Below are positions 1 through 10,061 of a stretch of 64,000 bases of DNA, piece by piece (the first letter of the stretch is position 1; every line of letters starts with the position of its first letter). The notes under the pieces are model-generated. The model was given only the letters and a program-made list of their open reading frames with translations, was not told where the DNA came from and ran no database searches. Origin of the DNA: Clostridia bacterium. Its GTDB lineage: Bacteria; Bacillota; Clostridia; Oscillospirales; RGIG5299. The stretch covers positions 40,842 through 104,841 of the forward strand of contig JAFVQJ010000015.1 in the NCBI GenBank assembly GCA_017504945.1. The letters are read 5' to 3'. The translations under genes were made by a program, and so were the position numbers.

Positions 1-294
1 GGCAAGCGTTTTCTTTCCCGCTATGCCGTCGGCGACAAGACCGTTGTCCTTTTGGTAGCGCTTTACGGCGTTTAGGGTTTTAGTGCCGAAAATGCCGTCG
101 GCATCGCCATCGCAAAGATAGCCCTTTTCGATGAGCTTTTTTTGAATGAGCCGCACCTCTTCACCCTGCGATCCGAGACGGGATAGCGCTTCGGCGTCCT
201 TCGCGGATTCGAAATATCCCACCGAAAAAACGGTGAGCGCCGAGATAATGAGCCACGCCGTTAGCCTTAAAGCAAAGCTGACTGTCCTTTTCAT
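1..294 (-). CDS. Peptidoglycan-binding (PG_binding_1-like) domain protein, N-terminal part only; the gene runs off the window edge
   Basis: My translation of the minus strand from the ATG at 294 gives MKRTVSFALRLTAWLIISALTVFSVGYFESAKDAEALSRLGSQGEEVRLIQKKLIEKGYLCDGDADGIFGTKTLNAVKRYQKDNGLVADGIAGKKTLA. This has an N-terminal hydrophobic segment followed by the G..V..LQ..L...GY....DG.FG..T..AV..FQ...GL..DG..G..T pattern. A GGAGAT RBS lies upstream. It is absent from the ORF track, presumably because there is no stop codon inside the window. Confidence 0.55.
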   Translation of the reverse strand, partial: MKRTVSFALRLTAWLIISALTVFSVGYFESAKDAEALSRLGSQGEEVRLIQKKLIEKGYLCDGDADGIFGTKTLNAVKRYQKDNGLVADGIAGKKTLA

Positions 295-438
295 TTTTAT
301 CTCCTTTTGCAATCGTTTTTATGGTAGTTTTTACCCAAAAAGCGCCGATATTCATTTTGTTAATGAAAATTTTACGATTTAAAAGGGTACAAAATTAAAA
401 AAGTATGGTAAAATATAATAAAAAACGGTGATGAAAAA

Positions 439-1044
439 ATGAAAAAAGGATTTAAAACGGTAATAGCGGCGCTTTCCGTTTTCGTATTTTTTATAATTGC
501 AACGGCGCTTCGCTTTGCGGCAAATGCTCTCAATTCCGTTTTGAGTGCCGATATGCTTGGTCTTGCCGTCCTTTTCGTTTTTATGCTCGGCTATGCGTTT
601 TTCATTTTTTACGGCTATAGCCTCACCGTTTTCGCATTGAACGAGAAAAAGTATTTAAAGGCGCTTCTTTTTGCTGCGTCGGCGGCGGTGGGCGCCATAG
701 CATCGAACGTAGCACTCAACAGCTTTTACGGCACCAAGACAAGCATAGTTCCGATAGTTGCCTTCGCGGCAATGAGCTATCTTATTCCCTTTACTCTTTC
801 GTTTATAATGAAAAACAGAGCGGTAATGTTTACCGTTACGGGAATAGCGCTTGTATTTTTGAATATACTTCTTTTAAACGCAATATCTCCCGAGGCGGCG
901 ACCTCGCTCGGCGCGGCGTTTCCCAATCTTCGAATAAATTCCGAGATTGGCGATAACAACGGAGTTTTATCGTATCTTCTTTACGTAGTTGTTTTCGGCG
1001 TTGAGTATCTTGCCCTGAGAAAAAGCTACAAAAAAATCTGTTAA
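439..1044 (+). CDS. Hypothetical polytopic membrane protein
   Basis: 201-aa ORF with several hydrophobic helices and no recognisable motif. Confidence 0.5.
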   Translation: MKKGFKTVIAALSVFVFFIIATALRFAANALNSVLSADMLGLAVLFVFMLGYAFFIFYGYSLTVFALNEKKYLKALLFAASAAVGAIASNVALNSFYGTKTSIVPIVAFAAMSYLIPFTLSFIMKNRAVMFTVTGIALVFLNILLLNAISPEAATSLGAAFPNLRINSEIGDNNGVLSYLLYVVVFGVEYLALRKSYKKIC

Positions 1045-1062
1045 CGACGGGAACTGGTAAAA

Positions 1063-1281
1063 ATGCCTATTTTAATGTATATTTTGGCGCAACCGCTTAC
1101 TTTGATATTTTTCTCGATAATACTGATATATATCGGAGTAAAGCTCACCTCTGCACCGAAAAAAAGACGAAAAGGAAATATTGAAGAGGACGGCGCCATT
1201 CACACCGAGGCGCGTGAGGTAAAGCGTCCTGCAGATGACAGCGCCGTGCAGGATCTTGACTCAAACCCGAAGGACAACTGA
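1063..1281 (+). CDS. Small hypothetical membrane protein
   Basis: 72-aa ORF with an N-terminal TM helix and a charged tail. It follows the previous gene closely and is followed by a terminator-like hairpin near 1291-1320. Confidence 0.35.
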   Translation: MPILMYILAQPLTLIFFSIILIYIGVKLTSAPKKRRKGNIEEDGAIHTEAREVKRPADDSAVQDLDSNPKDN

Positions 1282-1319
1282 AAAAAATTACACTCCACGA
1301 AAATTCGGGGAGTGTTTTT

Positions 1320-1793
1320 TTATTCTATTACGTAATCCGCTATATAGGTGTAAACGCGCTTTGGCTTGCCGTTACCGTGTATCGTAACGGTAAAATCTTT
1401 CGTTTTGTTTGACAAGTTGAAAGTTATTGTAATAAGCTTGCCCTCGTCGGAGGTTTCTTTATCGAAGATGAAACGGTATTCGTAATCGGATTCGGTTTGC
1501 TTGGAGCTCTTCTCAACGAGCTTATAGCCATCCTTATGCCGCAAAGAGATCTTTACGCGGTCAATGCCGTCCTTTTCATATTCATCAATGCTTACAACCT
1601 CAATCTCATCCGGCGAGGCATATTTTGCCGCTTCTCTTTCGCCTGCAATATAATTGACGACAAAAACACCCGCAAATATGCAAAGAAAAATAAGCGCAAG
1701 ATAAAACAGCTTGTGGGGTGGGGTCCAGCGTCCGGGAAGTCTGTCGAGGTACTCCTTTGTCATATGCCTGGGCTTGTTGACTTTTTTTGCCAT
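1320..1793 (-). CDS. Hypothetical membrane-anchored protein
   Basis: 157-aa ORF with a single N-terminal TM helix (LFYLALIFLCIFAGVFVVNYI) and a soluble C-terminal domain. Confidence 0.45.
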   Translation of the reverse strand: MAKKVNKPRHMTKEYLDRLPGRWTPPHKLFYLALIFLCIFAGVFVVNYIAGEREAAKYASPDEIEVVSIDEYEKDGIDRVKISLRHKDGYKLVEKSSKQTESDYEYRFIFDKETSDEGKLITITFNLSNKTKDFTVTIHGNGKPKRVYTYIADYVIE

Positions 1794-1881
1794 AAACGGT
1801 CACTCGCTTTCTCTTATTTAATTGAGGGTATCCTTATAATTTATTTTATCATATTTTTGCAAGTTTTGCAACCGATATTTT

Positions 1882-2583
1882 TCACTCAATTCCCGCAAGC
1901 TCTCTCACTATCTCGCCGGCAATGATAAGTCCTGCCGCAGACGGCACGAAGGAAATGCTTGCGGGCGTTCTCTCGCCTTCGCCGCTTTCGCAGGGCTGCT
2001 TTCTCGGAATTTCGTCCGACCACAGCACCTTTAAATGAGAAATTCCTCTTGCCTTCAGCTCTCTTCTCATCACTCTTGCAAGCGGACAGACCGACGTTTT
2101 TGAAATATCGCTTATCTTAAACCTTTCGGGATAGAGCTTGTTGCCCGTTCCCATAGAGGAAATTACCGGAATTCCCGCCGCCGTCGCCCTTTCGATAAGC
2201 AACAGCTTTGAGGTGACGGTGTCGATGCAGTCGGCAATATAATCGACGCGGGAAAGATCTATCTCTTTTGCGGTCTCGGCGCAGTATCTTATATCGAAGG
2301 TAATTATTTCACAATCGGAAACGTCGGCAAGATAGCGCCGTGCGACGTCGCACTTCTTTTGCCCAACCGTGCTTTTCGTTGCAAAAAGCTGACGGTTTAT
2401 ATTCGACGGCGAAACGGTGTCGAAATCAACGACTATCAGCCTTCCCACTCCCGCTCTTGCAAGGGCGGCGGCGGTGTAGGAGCCGACTCCGCCGAGTCCG
2501 AAAACGGCAACGGTCTTTTTTGAAAGAAGGGAAAGCGCTTCCTTTCCTATAAGCATTTCGGTTCTGTTTAAAAGGTCGTTCAT
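1882..2583 (-). CDS. tcdA: tRNA threonylcarbamoyladenosine dehydratase (ThiF/MoeB-family, TcdA-like)
   Basis: The sequence contains VAVFGLGGVGSYTAAALARAGVGRLIVVDFDTVSPSNINRQ, a Rossmann GxGxxG followed by the DxD..SNxNRQ signature of the E1-like ThiF family. Its ~233-aa size fits TcdA/CsdL. Confidence 0.8.
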   Translation of the reverse strand: MNDLLNRTEMLIGKEALSLLSKKTVAVFGLGGVGSYTAAALARAGVGRLIVVDFDTVSPSNINRQLFATKSTVGQKKCDVARRYLADVSDCEIITFDIRYCAETAKEIDLSRVDYIADCIDTVTSKLLLIERATAAGIPVISSMGTGNKLYPERFKISDISKTSVCPLARVMRRELKARGISHLKVLWSDEIPRKQPCESGEGERTPASISFVPSAAGLIIAGEIVRELAGIE

Positions 2584-2721
2584 AGCAAAAACTCCTTTTT
2601 GAGCTTTAAAATATTATATCACAAACAAAATTAATTGTCAAAACGGCGTAAAACCTTGACAAATCGGTTAAAAAATTATATGATATTATATCAGATATTT
2701 ATACTTTGCAGGAGATATAAA

Positions 2722-4155
2722 ATGGATAACAAGCTTGTTAAAGAAATTACCTCAATGGAAGAGGATTTCACCAAATGGTATACCGACATAGTAAAGAAAG
2801 CCGATCTTATCGACTATTCTTCCGTTAAGGGCTGTATGATATTCCGTCCCTACGGCTTTGCTATTTGGGAAAATATAAGAAATATTCTCGACGCTCGCTT
2901 TAAGGAGCTGGGTCACGAAAACGTTTCGATGCCGCTCTTTATACCCGAAAGCCTTTTGCAGAAGGAAAAGGATCACGTTGCGGGCTTTGCTCCCGAGGTT
3001 GCTTGGGTAACTCACGGCGGCGGTGAAAAGCTCACCGAGCGTCTTTGCGTAAGACCTACCTCTGAGGTGCTTTTCTGCGAGCATTACAAAAATATTATCG
3101 AATCCTACCGCGATCTTCCCAAGCTCTACAACCAGTGGTGCAACGTGGTAAGATGGGAAAAGACCACTCGCCCCTTCCTCAGAAATCTTGAGTTTCATTG
3201 GCAGGAGGGCCACACGATGCACGAAACGGAGGAGGACGCAAGAGAGGAAACTCTCCGTATGCTCCACGTTTATAACGATTTCTACCGCGATTCTCTCGCT
3301 ATTCCCGCAATAATCGGTAAAAAGACCGAAAAGGAAAAGTTCGCAGGCGCTATCGACACCTATACCGTCGAGCCGATGATGCACAACGGCTTTGCTCTTC
3401 AGGGCGGCACCTCCCACTATTTCGGCGACGGCTTTGCCAAGGCGTTTGACATCACCTTTACCGACAGAAATAACAAATTGCAGCATCCGCATCAGACCTC
3501 GTGGGGCGTTTCCACGAGAATGATAGGCGCTATTATAATGACTCACGGTGACGACAGCGGTCTTGTTCTTCCTCCCGCAATAGCACCTATTCAGGTAGTT
3601 ATCCTTCCTATTGCAATGCATAAGGCGGGCGTGCTTGAAAAGGCGGCAGAGCTTAAGGAAAGATTAAAGACCTCCTTCCGTGTCAAGCTCGACGACAGCG
3701 ACAATTCACCCGGATGGAAGTTCTCCGAATACGAGATGAAGGGCGTTCCCTTACGTCTTGAGATAGGCCCCCGCGATATTGCGGACGGTGTTTGCGTTAT
3801 AGTAAGGCGCGACAACCGCGAGAAAACGGTGGTAAAGCTTGAAAACCTCGAGGCAGAGATAAAAAGACTTCTTGCAGAGGTCCACAACGCAATGTATGAA
3901 AAGGCGAAGAAAAATCTTGAGGAAAAGACCTCGGTTGCCAAGAGCTACGACGAGTTTCTCGATATTGCAGCAAACAAGGGCGGCTTTATCAAGGCTATGT
4001 GGTGCGGCGATCCCGAGTGCGAGGCAAAGCTTAAGGACGTAACAGGCGGCGTAAAATCAAGATGCATTCCCTTCGAGGAAGAGGAGATAACCGACACCTG
4101 CGTATGCTGCGGCAAAAAGGCAAAGCATATGGTCGTCTGGGGCAGACAGTATTAA
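2722..4155 (+). CDS. proS: Proline--tRNA ligase (archaeal/eukaryote-like short type)
   Basis: Class II aaRS sequence with [30 protein letters not shown] and WQEGHT, and a C-terminal Zn-binding CxxC...CxxC segment. I chose the start at ATG 2722, which has a GGAGA RBS at 2711-2715, rather than the track start at 2635. Confidence 0.9.
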   Translation: MDNKLVKEITSMEEDFTKWYTDIVKKADLIDYSSVKGCMIFRPYGFAIWENIRNILDARFKELGHENVSMPLFIPESLLQKEKDHVAGFAPEVAWVTHGGGEKLTERLCVRPTSEVLFCEHYKNIIESYRDLPKLYNQWCNVVRWEKTTRPFLRNLEFHWQEGHTMHETEEDAREETLRMLHVYNDFYRDSLAIPAIIGKKTEKEKFAGAIDTYTVEPMMHNGFALQGGTSHYFGDGFAKAFDITFTDRNNKLQHPHQTSWGVSTRMIGAIIMTHGDDSGLVLPPAIAPIQVVILPIAMHKAGVLEKAAELKERLKTSFRVKLDDSDNSPGWKFSEYEMKGVPLRLEIGPRDIADGVCVIVRRDNREKTVVKLENLEAEIKRLLAEVHNAMYEKAKKNLEEKTSVAKSYDEFLDIAANKGGFIKAMWCGDPECEAKLKDVTGGVKSRCIPFEEEEITDTCVCCGKKAKHMVVWGRQY

Positions 4156-4160
4156 AACGA

Positions 4161-4192
4161 AAAAAGGAACTGCGGCTTGCAGTTCCTTTTTT
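4161..4192. terminator. Bidirectional intrinsic terminator between proS and rubrerythrin
   Basis: Stem GGAACTGC / GCAGTTCC (4166-4173 / 4179-4186), flanked by an A-run and a T-run. Confidence 0.6.
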
Positions 4193-4204
4193 GTTGTAAA
4201 AAAC

Positions 4205-4744
4205 TTAATAGTTTTCTGCCTTTATCTCGAAATATGCCTTGGGATGTGTGCAAACGGGGCAAAGCTCGGGAGCGGTCTCGCCGATGTGAAGATGACCGCA
4301 GTTTCTGCATTTCCAAACGGTAACGCCGTCTACCTTGAATACCTTGCCTGCCTCAACGTTTGCAAGAAGCTTGTTGTAGCGCTCCTCGTGCTCCTTTTCG
4401 ATCTTCGCGACCTCGGCAAAGAGGAAGGAAATGTGGTCAAAGCCCTCCTCCTTCGCAACGCGTGCAAAGTCGGCGTACATCTCGGTCCACTCGTAGTTTT
4501 CGCCTGCGGCGGCGTCCTTGAGATTCTCAACGGTGTCGGGAATCGCACCGTCGTGAAGAAGCTTGAACCAGATCTTTGCGTGCTCCTTCTCGTTTGAGGC
4601 AGTCTCCTCAAAAATTGCCGCTATCTGCTCGTATCCGTCCTTTTTTGCCTTAGATGCATAATAAGAATACTTGTTTCTTGCCTGCGATTCGCCTGCAAAT
4701 GCGGCCATAAGATTGGCTTCTGTTCTGCTGCCCTTGAATTCCAT
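4205..4744 (-). CDS. rbr: Rubrerythrin
   Basis: A ferritin-like diiron domain ([34 protein letters not shown]) is followed by a C-terminal rubredoxin pair, CRNCG...CPVC. Confidence 0.9.
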   Translation of the reverse strand: MEFKGSRTEANLMAAFAGESQARNKYSYYASKAKKDGYEQIAAIFEETASNEKEHAKIWFKLLHDGAIPDTVENLKDAAAGENYEWTEMYADFARVAKEEGFDHISFLFAEVAKIEKEHEERYNKLLANVEAGKVFKVDGVTVWKCRNCGHLHIGETAPELCPVCTHPKAYFEIKAENY

Positions 4745-4791
4745 TTTTAATTACTCCTTTATAAAAAAATTGGTATAAAACCTTTTTATTA

Positions 4792-5874
4792 TCAAACCTC
4801 GGCTGCGACGGGAGCTTCGGCTATCGCCGCTTCTGCCGCCTTCTTTTCTGCCTTTTTTCTCTTCATCTTTCTCACTACCGAGCAAAGCACGGCATAAACC
4901 ACTATAAAAACGATAGCCGTTATAACGAAGATGAGGCTTACCTTGGTCATCGAGCCGAGAATGAGAGATGCTATCAAAGCAACGTCGATTCCCTCAACCG
5001 CGGGAATAAAGGCGATCGCAAAGCCGCCCGCAAGGGACGCGACGAGGAAGATAAGACCCGAAACGAGCATCGGCACGCCGCTCCAACACATCCATCTGAA
5101 GGGACTGAAGCGAAGCAACGCGATAAGAAGGAAGAGGGACAAAAGTATAACGATGGGAGCAAGCTTGCCTATCGTGCCAAACAGCACGCTGAAGGCGGTG
5201 GATATTATAGCGTCGGGGTTTTCAACGCCGTTTTCCTCGAGAGAGGAATAAATAAGCTCCTTGGTTGCCTCGTAGGTGGGAAGCTGACTTGCAAGCTCAC
5301 CCGTTATATTCTCTATTTCGCCCATTATATCGTCGGGTATCTCCTGACCGAGTATCTCCTCGATCTTGGGAACGACGTCCTCCAAAATGCCGTTTAAATA
5401 TTCGGCGTCAACGGTTATTTCGGTAGAGCCGGTTGCCATAAACTCGTAAAGACCCTCGGCGTAGTCGGAAACGATAACGCCTATAACGTCGTCCTTGACT
5501 ACGGTGATAAGAGCGTCAACGTCAACACCCTGATCGCGAAGCCCGTCGACGATCTCCTTTATTTCGGGGCTTTCCAAAAGGTCGTCGAGAGAGGGAATGG
5601 AAGAGTCTGCCTCAAGGGGAACCAAAAGGGCAGAGCCGTCCTTAAGTCCCACGCTTGCCGCTGCCTCGGAGCTTCCGCCGTTATTATTTCCCGTGGATAT
5701 TGTTATCGAGGTAATTATTCCTCTTATCATATCGGGAGAGAGCGCGTCGGACACCGTCCAAAGACAGATGGTGGCGGTGGATACTGCGAAGATGACTATG
5801 GCAACTATAACGGAGAAAAATACTCCGATGCCCTTTAAGATATTCTTGAATACCTTCAAAATAAACACCTGCAA
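4792..5874 (-). CDS. Hypothetical membrane protein
   Basis: 360-aa ORF with an N-terminal TM helix, an acidic central domain, several C-terminal TM helices and a basic tail. Confidence 0.5.
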   Translation of the reverse strand: MQVFILKVFKNILKGIGVFFSVIVAIVIFAVSTATICLWTVSDALSPDMIRGIITSITISTGNNNGGSSEAAASVGLKDGSALLVPLEADSSIPSLDDLLESPEIKEIVDGLRDQGVDVDALITVVKDDVIGVIVSDYAEGLYEFMATGSTEITVDAEYLNGILEDVVPKIEEILGQEIPDDIMGEIENITGELASQLPTYEATKELIYSSLEENGVENPDAIISTAFSVLFGTIGKLAPIVILLSLFLLIALLRFSPFRWMCWSGVPMLVSGLIFLVASLAGGFAIAFIPAVEGIDVALIASLILGSMTKVSLIFVITAIVFIVVYAVLCSVVRKMKRKKAEKKAAEAAIAEAPVAAEV

Positions 5875-6030
5875 TCAATTATTATAATCATATTTTATCA
5901 CATTATTTAGTAAAAGGCAATAAACTTTCTCATTTAATTTTCAATATTTGTTTTTTTATCCGTATTGCAATTTATGCGGTATATATGTTATAATAAAAGG
6001 AAGGTAAAAACGGAAGGACGGGGAGAGGCT

Positions 6031-6975
6031 TTGAAGCTGTTTGATAAATCAAAAACGTTTTTGGGTCTTGCTCCGATGGCGGGCTTTACCGACTACGCCT
6101 TTCGCAAGATATGCGCTCTGTGCGGCGCCGACTTTACCGTTACCGAAATGATAAGCTCAAAGGGACTTTATTATAACAACGAGCGCACGGGCAGTCTTAT
6201 GTCGATATGCAGAGAAAGCGGCGTGGGAGTGCAGATATTCGGCTCGGAGGAAAGGTCGCTTAACTATGCGGCGAGCTACGTTGCAAAAGAGGTATCTCCC
6301 GATTTTATAGATATAAATATGGGCTGTCCGACACCGAAGATAGTAAACTCGGGCGACGGCTCGGCTCTTTTGAAAGATCTCGATAAGGCGCTTTGCTGTG
6401 CAAGAGCGGTCATATCGGGAGCGGGCGACGTTCCCGTTACCGTGAAGCTTCGGCTCGGTTGGGAAAACGCTTTGCCAGAGCTTCCCGATTTTGTAAAGCG
6501 GCTTGAGGACGAGGGTATTGCCGCAGTGTTTGTTCACGGCAGGACCTCGCGTCAGATGTACCGACCGGGCGTTGATTACGGCGCGATAAAGAGAATAAAG
6601 GAAAGAGTGAATATTCCCGTATTTGCAAACGGCGATATAACCTCGCCCGAAAAGGCAAAAGAGGTGCTTTCGATTACGGGAGCCGACGGACTTCTGATAG
6701 GCAGAGGATCACTCGGAAATCCTTTCATATTCGGTCAGATAAAGGAATATCTTCAAAGCGGAAGCTACCGCACTCCCACCAAGGAGGAGATAACCGAGCT
6801 GGCGATAGCTCAGCTTAACGAGGCGGTTAAGGACAAGGGCGACAGACGCGCCTCCGTTGAGGCAAGAAGCCAGATAGCTCACTACCTCAAGGGAATGAGC
6901 GGCGCAGCCGAAAAGAGAAAAATGCTTTCGGAGGCAACCTCCTCCGACGAGATAATAAATATACTGAAACTGTGA
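6031..6975 (+). CDS. dus: tRNA-dihydrouridine synthase
   Basis: Contains LAPMAGFTDYAFRKI, DINMGCP and VTVKLRLGW, typical of the Dus family. The likely start is TTG 6031, preceded by a GGGGAGAGG RBS at 6020-6028; the track ORF starts earlier at 5965. Confidence 0.85.
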   Translation: MKLFDKSKTFLGLAPMAGFTDYAFRKICALCGADFTVTEMISSKGLYYNNERTGSLMSICRESGVGVQIFGSEERSLNYAASYVAKEVSPDFIDINMGCPTPKIVNSGDGSALLKDLDKALCCARAVISGAGDVPVTVKLRLGWENALPELPDFVKRLEDEGIAAVFVHGRTSRQMYRPGVDYGAIKRIKERVNIPVFANGDITSPEKAKEVLSITGADGLLIGRGSLGNPFIFGQIKEYLQSGSYRTPTKEEITELAIAQLNEAVKDKGDRRASVEARSQIAHYLKGMSGAAEKRKMLSEATSSDEIINILKL

Positions 6976-6991
6976 TTCGTGAGGTTTTGAA

Positions 6992-7525
6992 ATGGAATTT
7001 AACAGTGACTTCAAAAAACAGCTTATAAAAGGGGAAAGGGAAGCGGTCGACACCGTTATCGACAGCTTCGGCGATAAGGCTTACAGCTTTGCGCTGTGCT
7101 ATTTCGGCAACCGCCTTACCGCAGAGGAAGCGGTGAAAAAGAGCTTTTCGGCATTTTTTGCAAACGCCGCCGCTCTTTTGAGAGATTCCTCCGTGCCTGC
7201 GGCTTATTTTGCGTTGCTCAAGGGCTGGTGCGAGCACCGTATGAGCGAGGCGAAAAAAGAGGGAAAGAGCTTCGATTATTCCGCCTTTTCCGACAGATCC
7301 GAAATAATTCAGGCGATCGCCAAGGTCATCTCGGAGCTTAACCGCAAGGAAAAGAGCCTTTTCCTTCTTGCCGACGTGGTATGCCTTAAGCGAAACGTTC
7401 TGTGTGAGATATACGGAGTCGAATATGATGCGGTGGCAGACGCCGTGTCTATCTGTCGCGATAAGGTAATAACCAAGCTTTCCGCAATAGGCGATTTCAG
7501 CATGAAGGGCGGTGAGCAGGAATGA
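6992..7525 (+). CDS. ECF-type RNA polymerase sigma factor (divergent)
   Basis: A region-2-like stretch (LIKGEREAVDTVIDSFGDKAYSFALCYFGNRLTAEEAVKKSF) and a region-4-like stretch (LNRKEKSLFLLADV...YDAVADAVSICRDKVITKL) are present. The stop overlaps the next gene's start (ATGA at 7522-7525). Confidence 0.6.
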   Translation: MEFNSDFKKQLIKGEREAVDTVIDSFGDKAYSFALCYFGNRLTAEEAVKKSFSAFFANAAALLRDSSVPAAYFALLKGWCEHRMSEAKKEGKSFDYSAFSDRSEIIQAIAKVISELNRKEKSLFLLADVVCLKRNVLCEIYGVEYDAVADAVSICRDKVITKLSAIGDFSMKGGEQE

Positions 7526-8319
7526 TAAACGAATATACAAAGCGTATGATAAGCGATTTCGTTGACGGTGAGCTTCCCGCAAGCGAATGCTCGAAGCTGT
7601 TTGACGGCGGTGAGGAATCGCAGGAAAACAACAGATATCTTCATACTCTTCGCTTCGTTAAGCGTGCCGCGAGCGAGCTTACCGAAAGAGCGCCCGAAAA
7701 ATTAAAATCATCTACTGCCGCCTATATAACTAAGACCGAATCGATGAAGAAAAAATCGACTGTATTTAACGTGATGTGGATAACGCTTACCGTGCTTCTT
7801 GTTGCAATTCTCGTCTGGGCGCTTTGGAATCCCGCGATGAATGACGGCGGCAGCACCTCCTCCGATATCACATCGTCGACGGTTGAAAACAGCTCGGCAG
7901 ATCAACCCTCGTCGGATGTTTCCTCCGATATTTCCTCGGGTGAAGCCTCCTCCGACGTTTATTCGGGCGAAGCCTCCTCCGAGCCGATGGATTATTCCAC
8001 CTACTTGCCCTACGGAATAGACGAGTATTTAAAGCAGTCGGAGAATTACGAGGATTACCGCGGCATGAAGTTCTCCTTTGTAATAATAGCTCACGGCACG
8101 AAGGTGAATACCCTTATAGATAACAGACCCGGTCAGTTTACCAACGTGGTTGACGAGCCGAGAGTCTGGGCGCTTATAACATCGAAGATGACCTGCAGTG
8201 AGACCGAAACGATGTTCAGAACAAACGAGTTTACCGACATTGAGGTCATTGAGGACGAAAGGTTCGACGGAATAGATAAGACCGCCGAGCTGGGAATCGT
8301 TTTCGTAAGAGCAGAGTAA
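7522..8319 (+). CDS. Putative anti-sigma factor (single-pass membrane protein)
   Basis: It is translationally coupled to the sigma gene. The N-terminus MISDFVDGELP is typical of anti-sigma factors. A central TM helix (VMWITLTVLLVAILVWALW), a Ser/Asp-rich linker and an extracytoplasmic domain follow. Confidence 0.55.
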   Translation: MINEYTKRMISDFVDGELPASECSKLFDGGEESQENNRYLHTLRFVKRAASELTERAPEKLKSSTAAYITKTESMKKKSTVFNVMWITLTVLLVAILVWALWNPAMNDGGSTSSDITSSTVENSSADQPSSDVSSDISSGEASSDVYSGEASSEPMDYSTYLPYGIDEYLKQSENYEDYRGMKFSFVIIAHGTKVNTLIDNRPGQFTNVVDEPRVWALITSKMTCSETETMFRTNEFTDIEVIEDERFDGIDKTAELGIVFVRAE

Positions 8320-8331
8320 GCGGTGAATAAA

Positions 8332-8934
8332 ATGAACGCTAATTCAGCCTCCTTTATAACCTCTGTCTACGATATTTCAAGGCTGCCCTTCGACCGCCCC
8401 TTCGTAGCCTTTGCGGGAAGGTCTAACGTGGGCAAATCGAGTGCCGTAAACGCTCTTCTTGACAGAAAAAATCTTGCCCGTGTTTCATCAAAGCCGGGCA
8501 AGACCGCCTCTATAAATCTCTACGACCCCGGCGATAAGTTTTATATTGCCGACCTCCCCGGCTACGGCTTTGCAAAGGTATCGAAATCGGTGAAGCGCGA
8601 GTGGGGCGAGCTTATGGAGGGCTTTTTTGCCTCCCCTGCGGAGATAAAGCTGGTGGTCCATTTCGTTGATATAAGGCACGAGCCGCAGGTAACCGATATA
8701 GAGCTTACGCGTTTTCTCGCCGAAACGGGACTTCCTTTTTGCACCGTCTTTACAAAGGCGGATAAGGTGTCGAAATCGGAGGCAGAGAAGAACGCCGAGA
8801 GAAATACCAAAATACTTCGCTCACAGCTTAAGGGTACCTTCGCAAATATGCTCGCGCCCGTCATATTTTCTGCCGAAAAGAAGCAGGGAACCGATATTTT
8901 ACGGGCGCTTATAGAGCAGCTCGCATCGGTGTAA
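8332..8934 (+). CDS. engB: Ribosome biogenesis GTP-binding protein YsxC/EngB
   Basis: G1 motif GRSNVGKSS, DLPGYGFA and TKADK motifs are present. The start could be ATG 8332 or GTG 8323. Confidence 0.85.
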   Translation: MNANSASFITSVYDISRLPFDRPFVAFAGRSNVGKSSAVNALLDRKNLARVSSKPGKTASINLYDPGDKFYIADLPGYGFAKVSKSVKREWGELMEGFFASPAEIKLVVHFVDIRHEPQVTDIELTRFLAETGLPFCTVFTKADKVSKSEAEKNAERNTKILRSQLKGTFANMLAPVIFSAEKKQGTDILRALIEQLASV

Positions 8935-9223
8935 AAGTCTTGAAAAAAAGATAACAAACGGCGCAAAAATGGTTTACATAATATGCAAAATGATATTTAT
9001 GGTCAAATTGCACAATCAACATTGTTAACAGAGTTATCAACAACCTTCAAACGACGGTATATCGTGCTAAACACGGGTTTTCGACATAAAAACCGAAAGT
9101 CCGCAAACGAATATTGCAACGATGAGAAAAACGGCGTTTTGGTTTACATAATCTTCAATTTGGTAAAAAAGTACAAAAGAAAAAACTATCGTTTATAACC
9201 TCCTAAAAGGAGAGTGAAAGACA

Positions 9224-10060
9224 ATGAAAAAAGAGAACGAAAAAGCAAATAAAATAAAGCGCGTAATGGCAATACACGATATTGCCTGCTACGGCAAAAG
9301 CTCGCTCACGGTGGTGCTTCCCGCAATGTCTGCACTGGGCGCAGAGGTGGTGCCGCTTCCCACGGCGCTTCTTTCATCTCACACGGGAATAAAGAACGCC
9401 ACCTTCCTTCCGCTTGATAAGGAAATGCACGCGATACTCAACCATTGGGAATCGGAAAAGGTCGACTTCGATTGCATTTACAGCGGATTTTTGGGAAGTG
9501 CCGATCAGATAGATACGGTGCTGTCGGTCTTTGAAAAATATCCGTCCGCCTTTAAGGCGGTAGACCCCGTTATGGGCGATAACGGCGTGAAATACAAGAC
9601 CTATACCGACGAGATGTGTGAAAAAATGGTGCGCCTTGTAACCAAGGCGGACATAATAACCCCAAATTACACCGAGGCGTGTATGCTTCTCAATATGCCT
9701 TATGAGGAATTTCCCGATCTTTCGAAGGTGGAGACCGCTGCCCGCAAGCTCTGCGAGCTCGGACCGAGAACCGCGGTAATAACCGGCGTAAGAGAGGGCG
9801 ATAATATAATAAATGTCGCATACGACAGAAAAGAGGGAGTGTTTACCGGATCGTGTAAATACGTTAAGCGACGATATGACGGTACGGGCGACCTTTTTTC
9901 ATCGGTCTTTTTCGGGCTTATGCTCGAAAACGGCGACGTAAAGGCATCGCTTTCAAGAGCCTCGGAATTTATTCGCGACGTGGTGAAATACACCGCGGAG
10001 AATTCCGAAAACGATATTATCTTATTTGAACCGTTATTATGGAAGATCAAGGAGCAATAA
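9224..10060 (+). CDS. pdxK: Pyridoxal/pyridoxamine kinase (PdxK/PdxY family)
   Basis: Ribokinase-like fold with AIHDIACYGKSSLTVVLPAMSALG, DPVMGDNG and a C-terminal GTGDLFSS anion-hole motif. Confidence 0.7.
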   Translation: MKKENEKANKIKRVMAIHDIACYGKSSLTVVLPAMSALGAEVVPLPTALLSSHTGIKNATFLPLDKEMHAILNHWESEKVDFDCIYSGFLGSADQIDTVLSVFEKYPSAFKAVDPVMGDNGVKYKTYTDEMCEKMVRLVTKADIITPNYTEACMLLNMPYEEFPDLSKVETAARKLCELGPRTAVITGVREGDNIINVAYDRKEGVFTGSCKYVKRRYDGTGDLFSSVFFGLMLENGDVKASLSRASEFIRDVVKYTAENSENDIILFEPLLWKIKEQ

Positions 10061-10061
10061 A

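Noticed and set aside
2584-2721. A T-box leader upstream of proS.
   Set aside because: Only ~140 nt is available, and I saw no T-box consensus (AGGGTGGNACCGCG-like) or specifier-loop architecture. A plain promoter plus a short UTR is more likely.
2635-2721. N-terminal extensions in the ORF track. Other examples are at 5965, 12531, 20086, 33986-34018, 34119, 37358, 39164, 47794, 48524, 51254, 56368-56424 and 56472.
   Set aside because: In each case an internal start codon has a proper RBS and gives the canonical protein N-terminus, signal peptide or lipobox. The upstream extension is AT-rich promoter or UTR sequence.
8983-9198. 71-aa plus-strand ORF upstream of pdxK.
   Set aside because: It has no Shine-Dalgarno sequence and an odd composition, and it lies in what looks like a regulatory leader.
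8935-9223. A TPP riboswitch upstream of the kinase/ECF pair, in case the kinase were ThiD-like.
   Set aside because: The conserved TPP aptamer elements (CUGAGA ... ACCUGAUCUGGAUAAUGCCAGCG) are absent.
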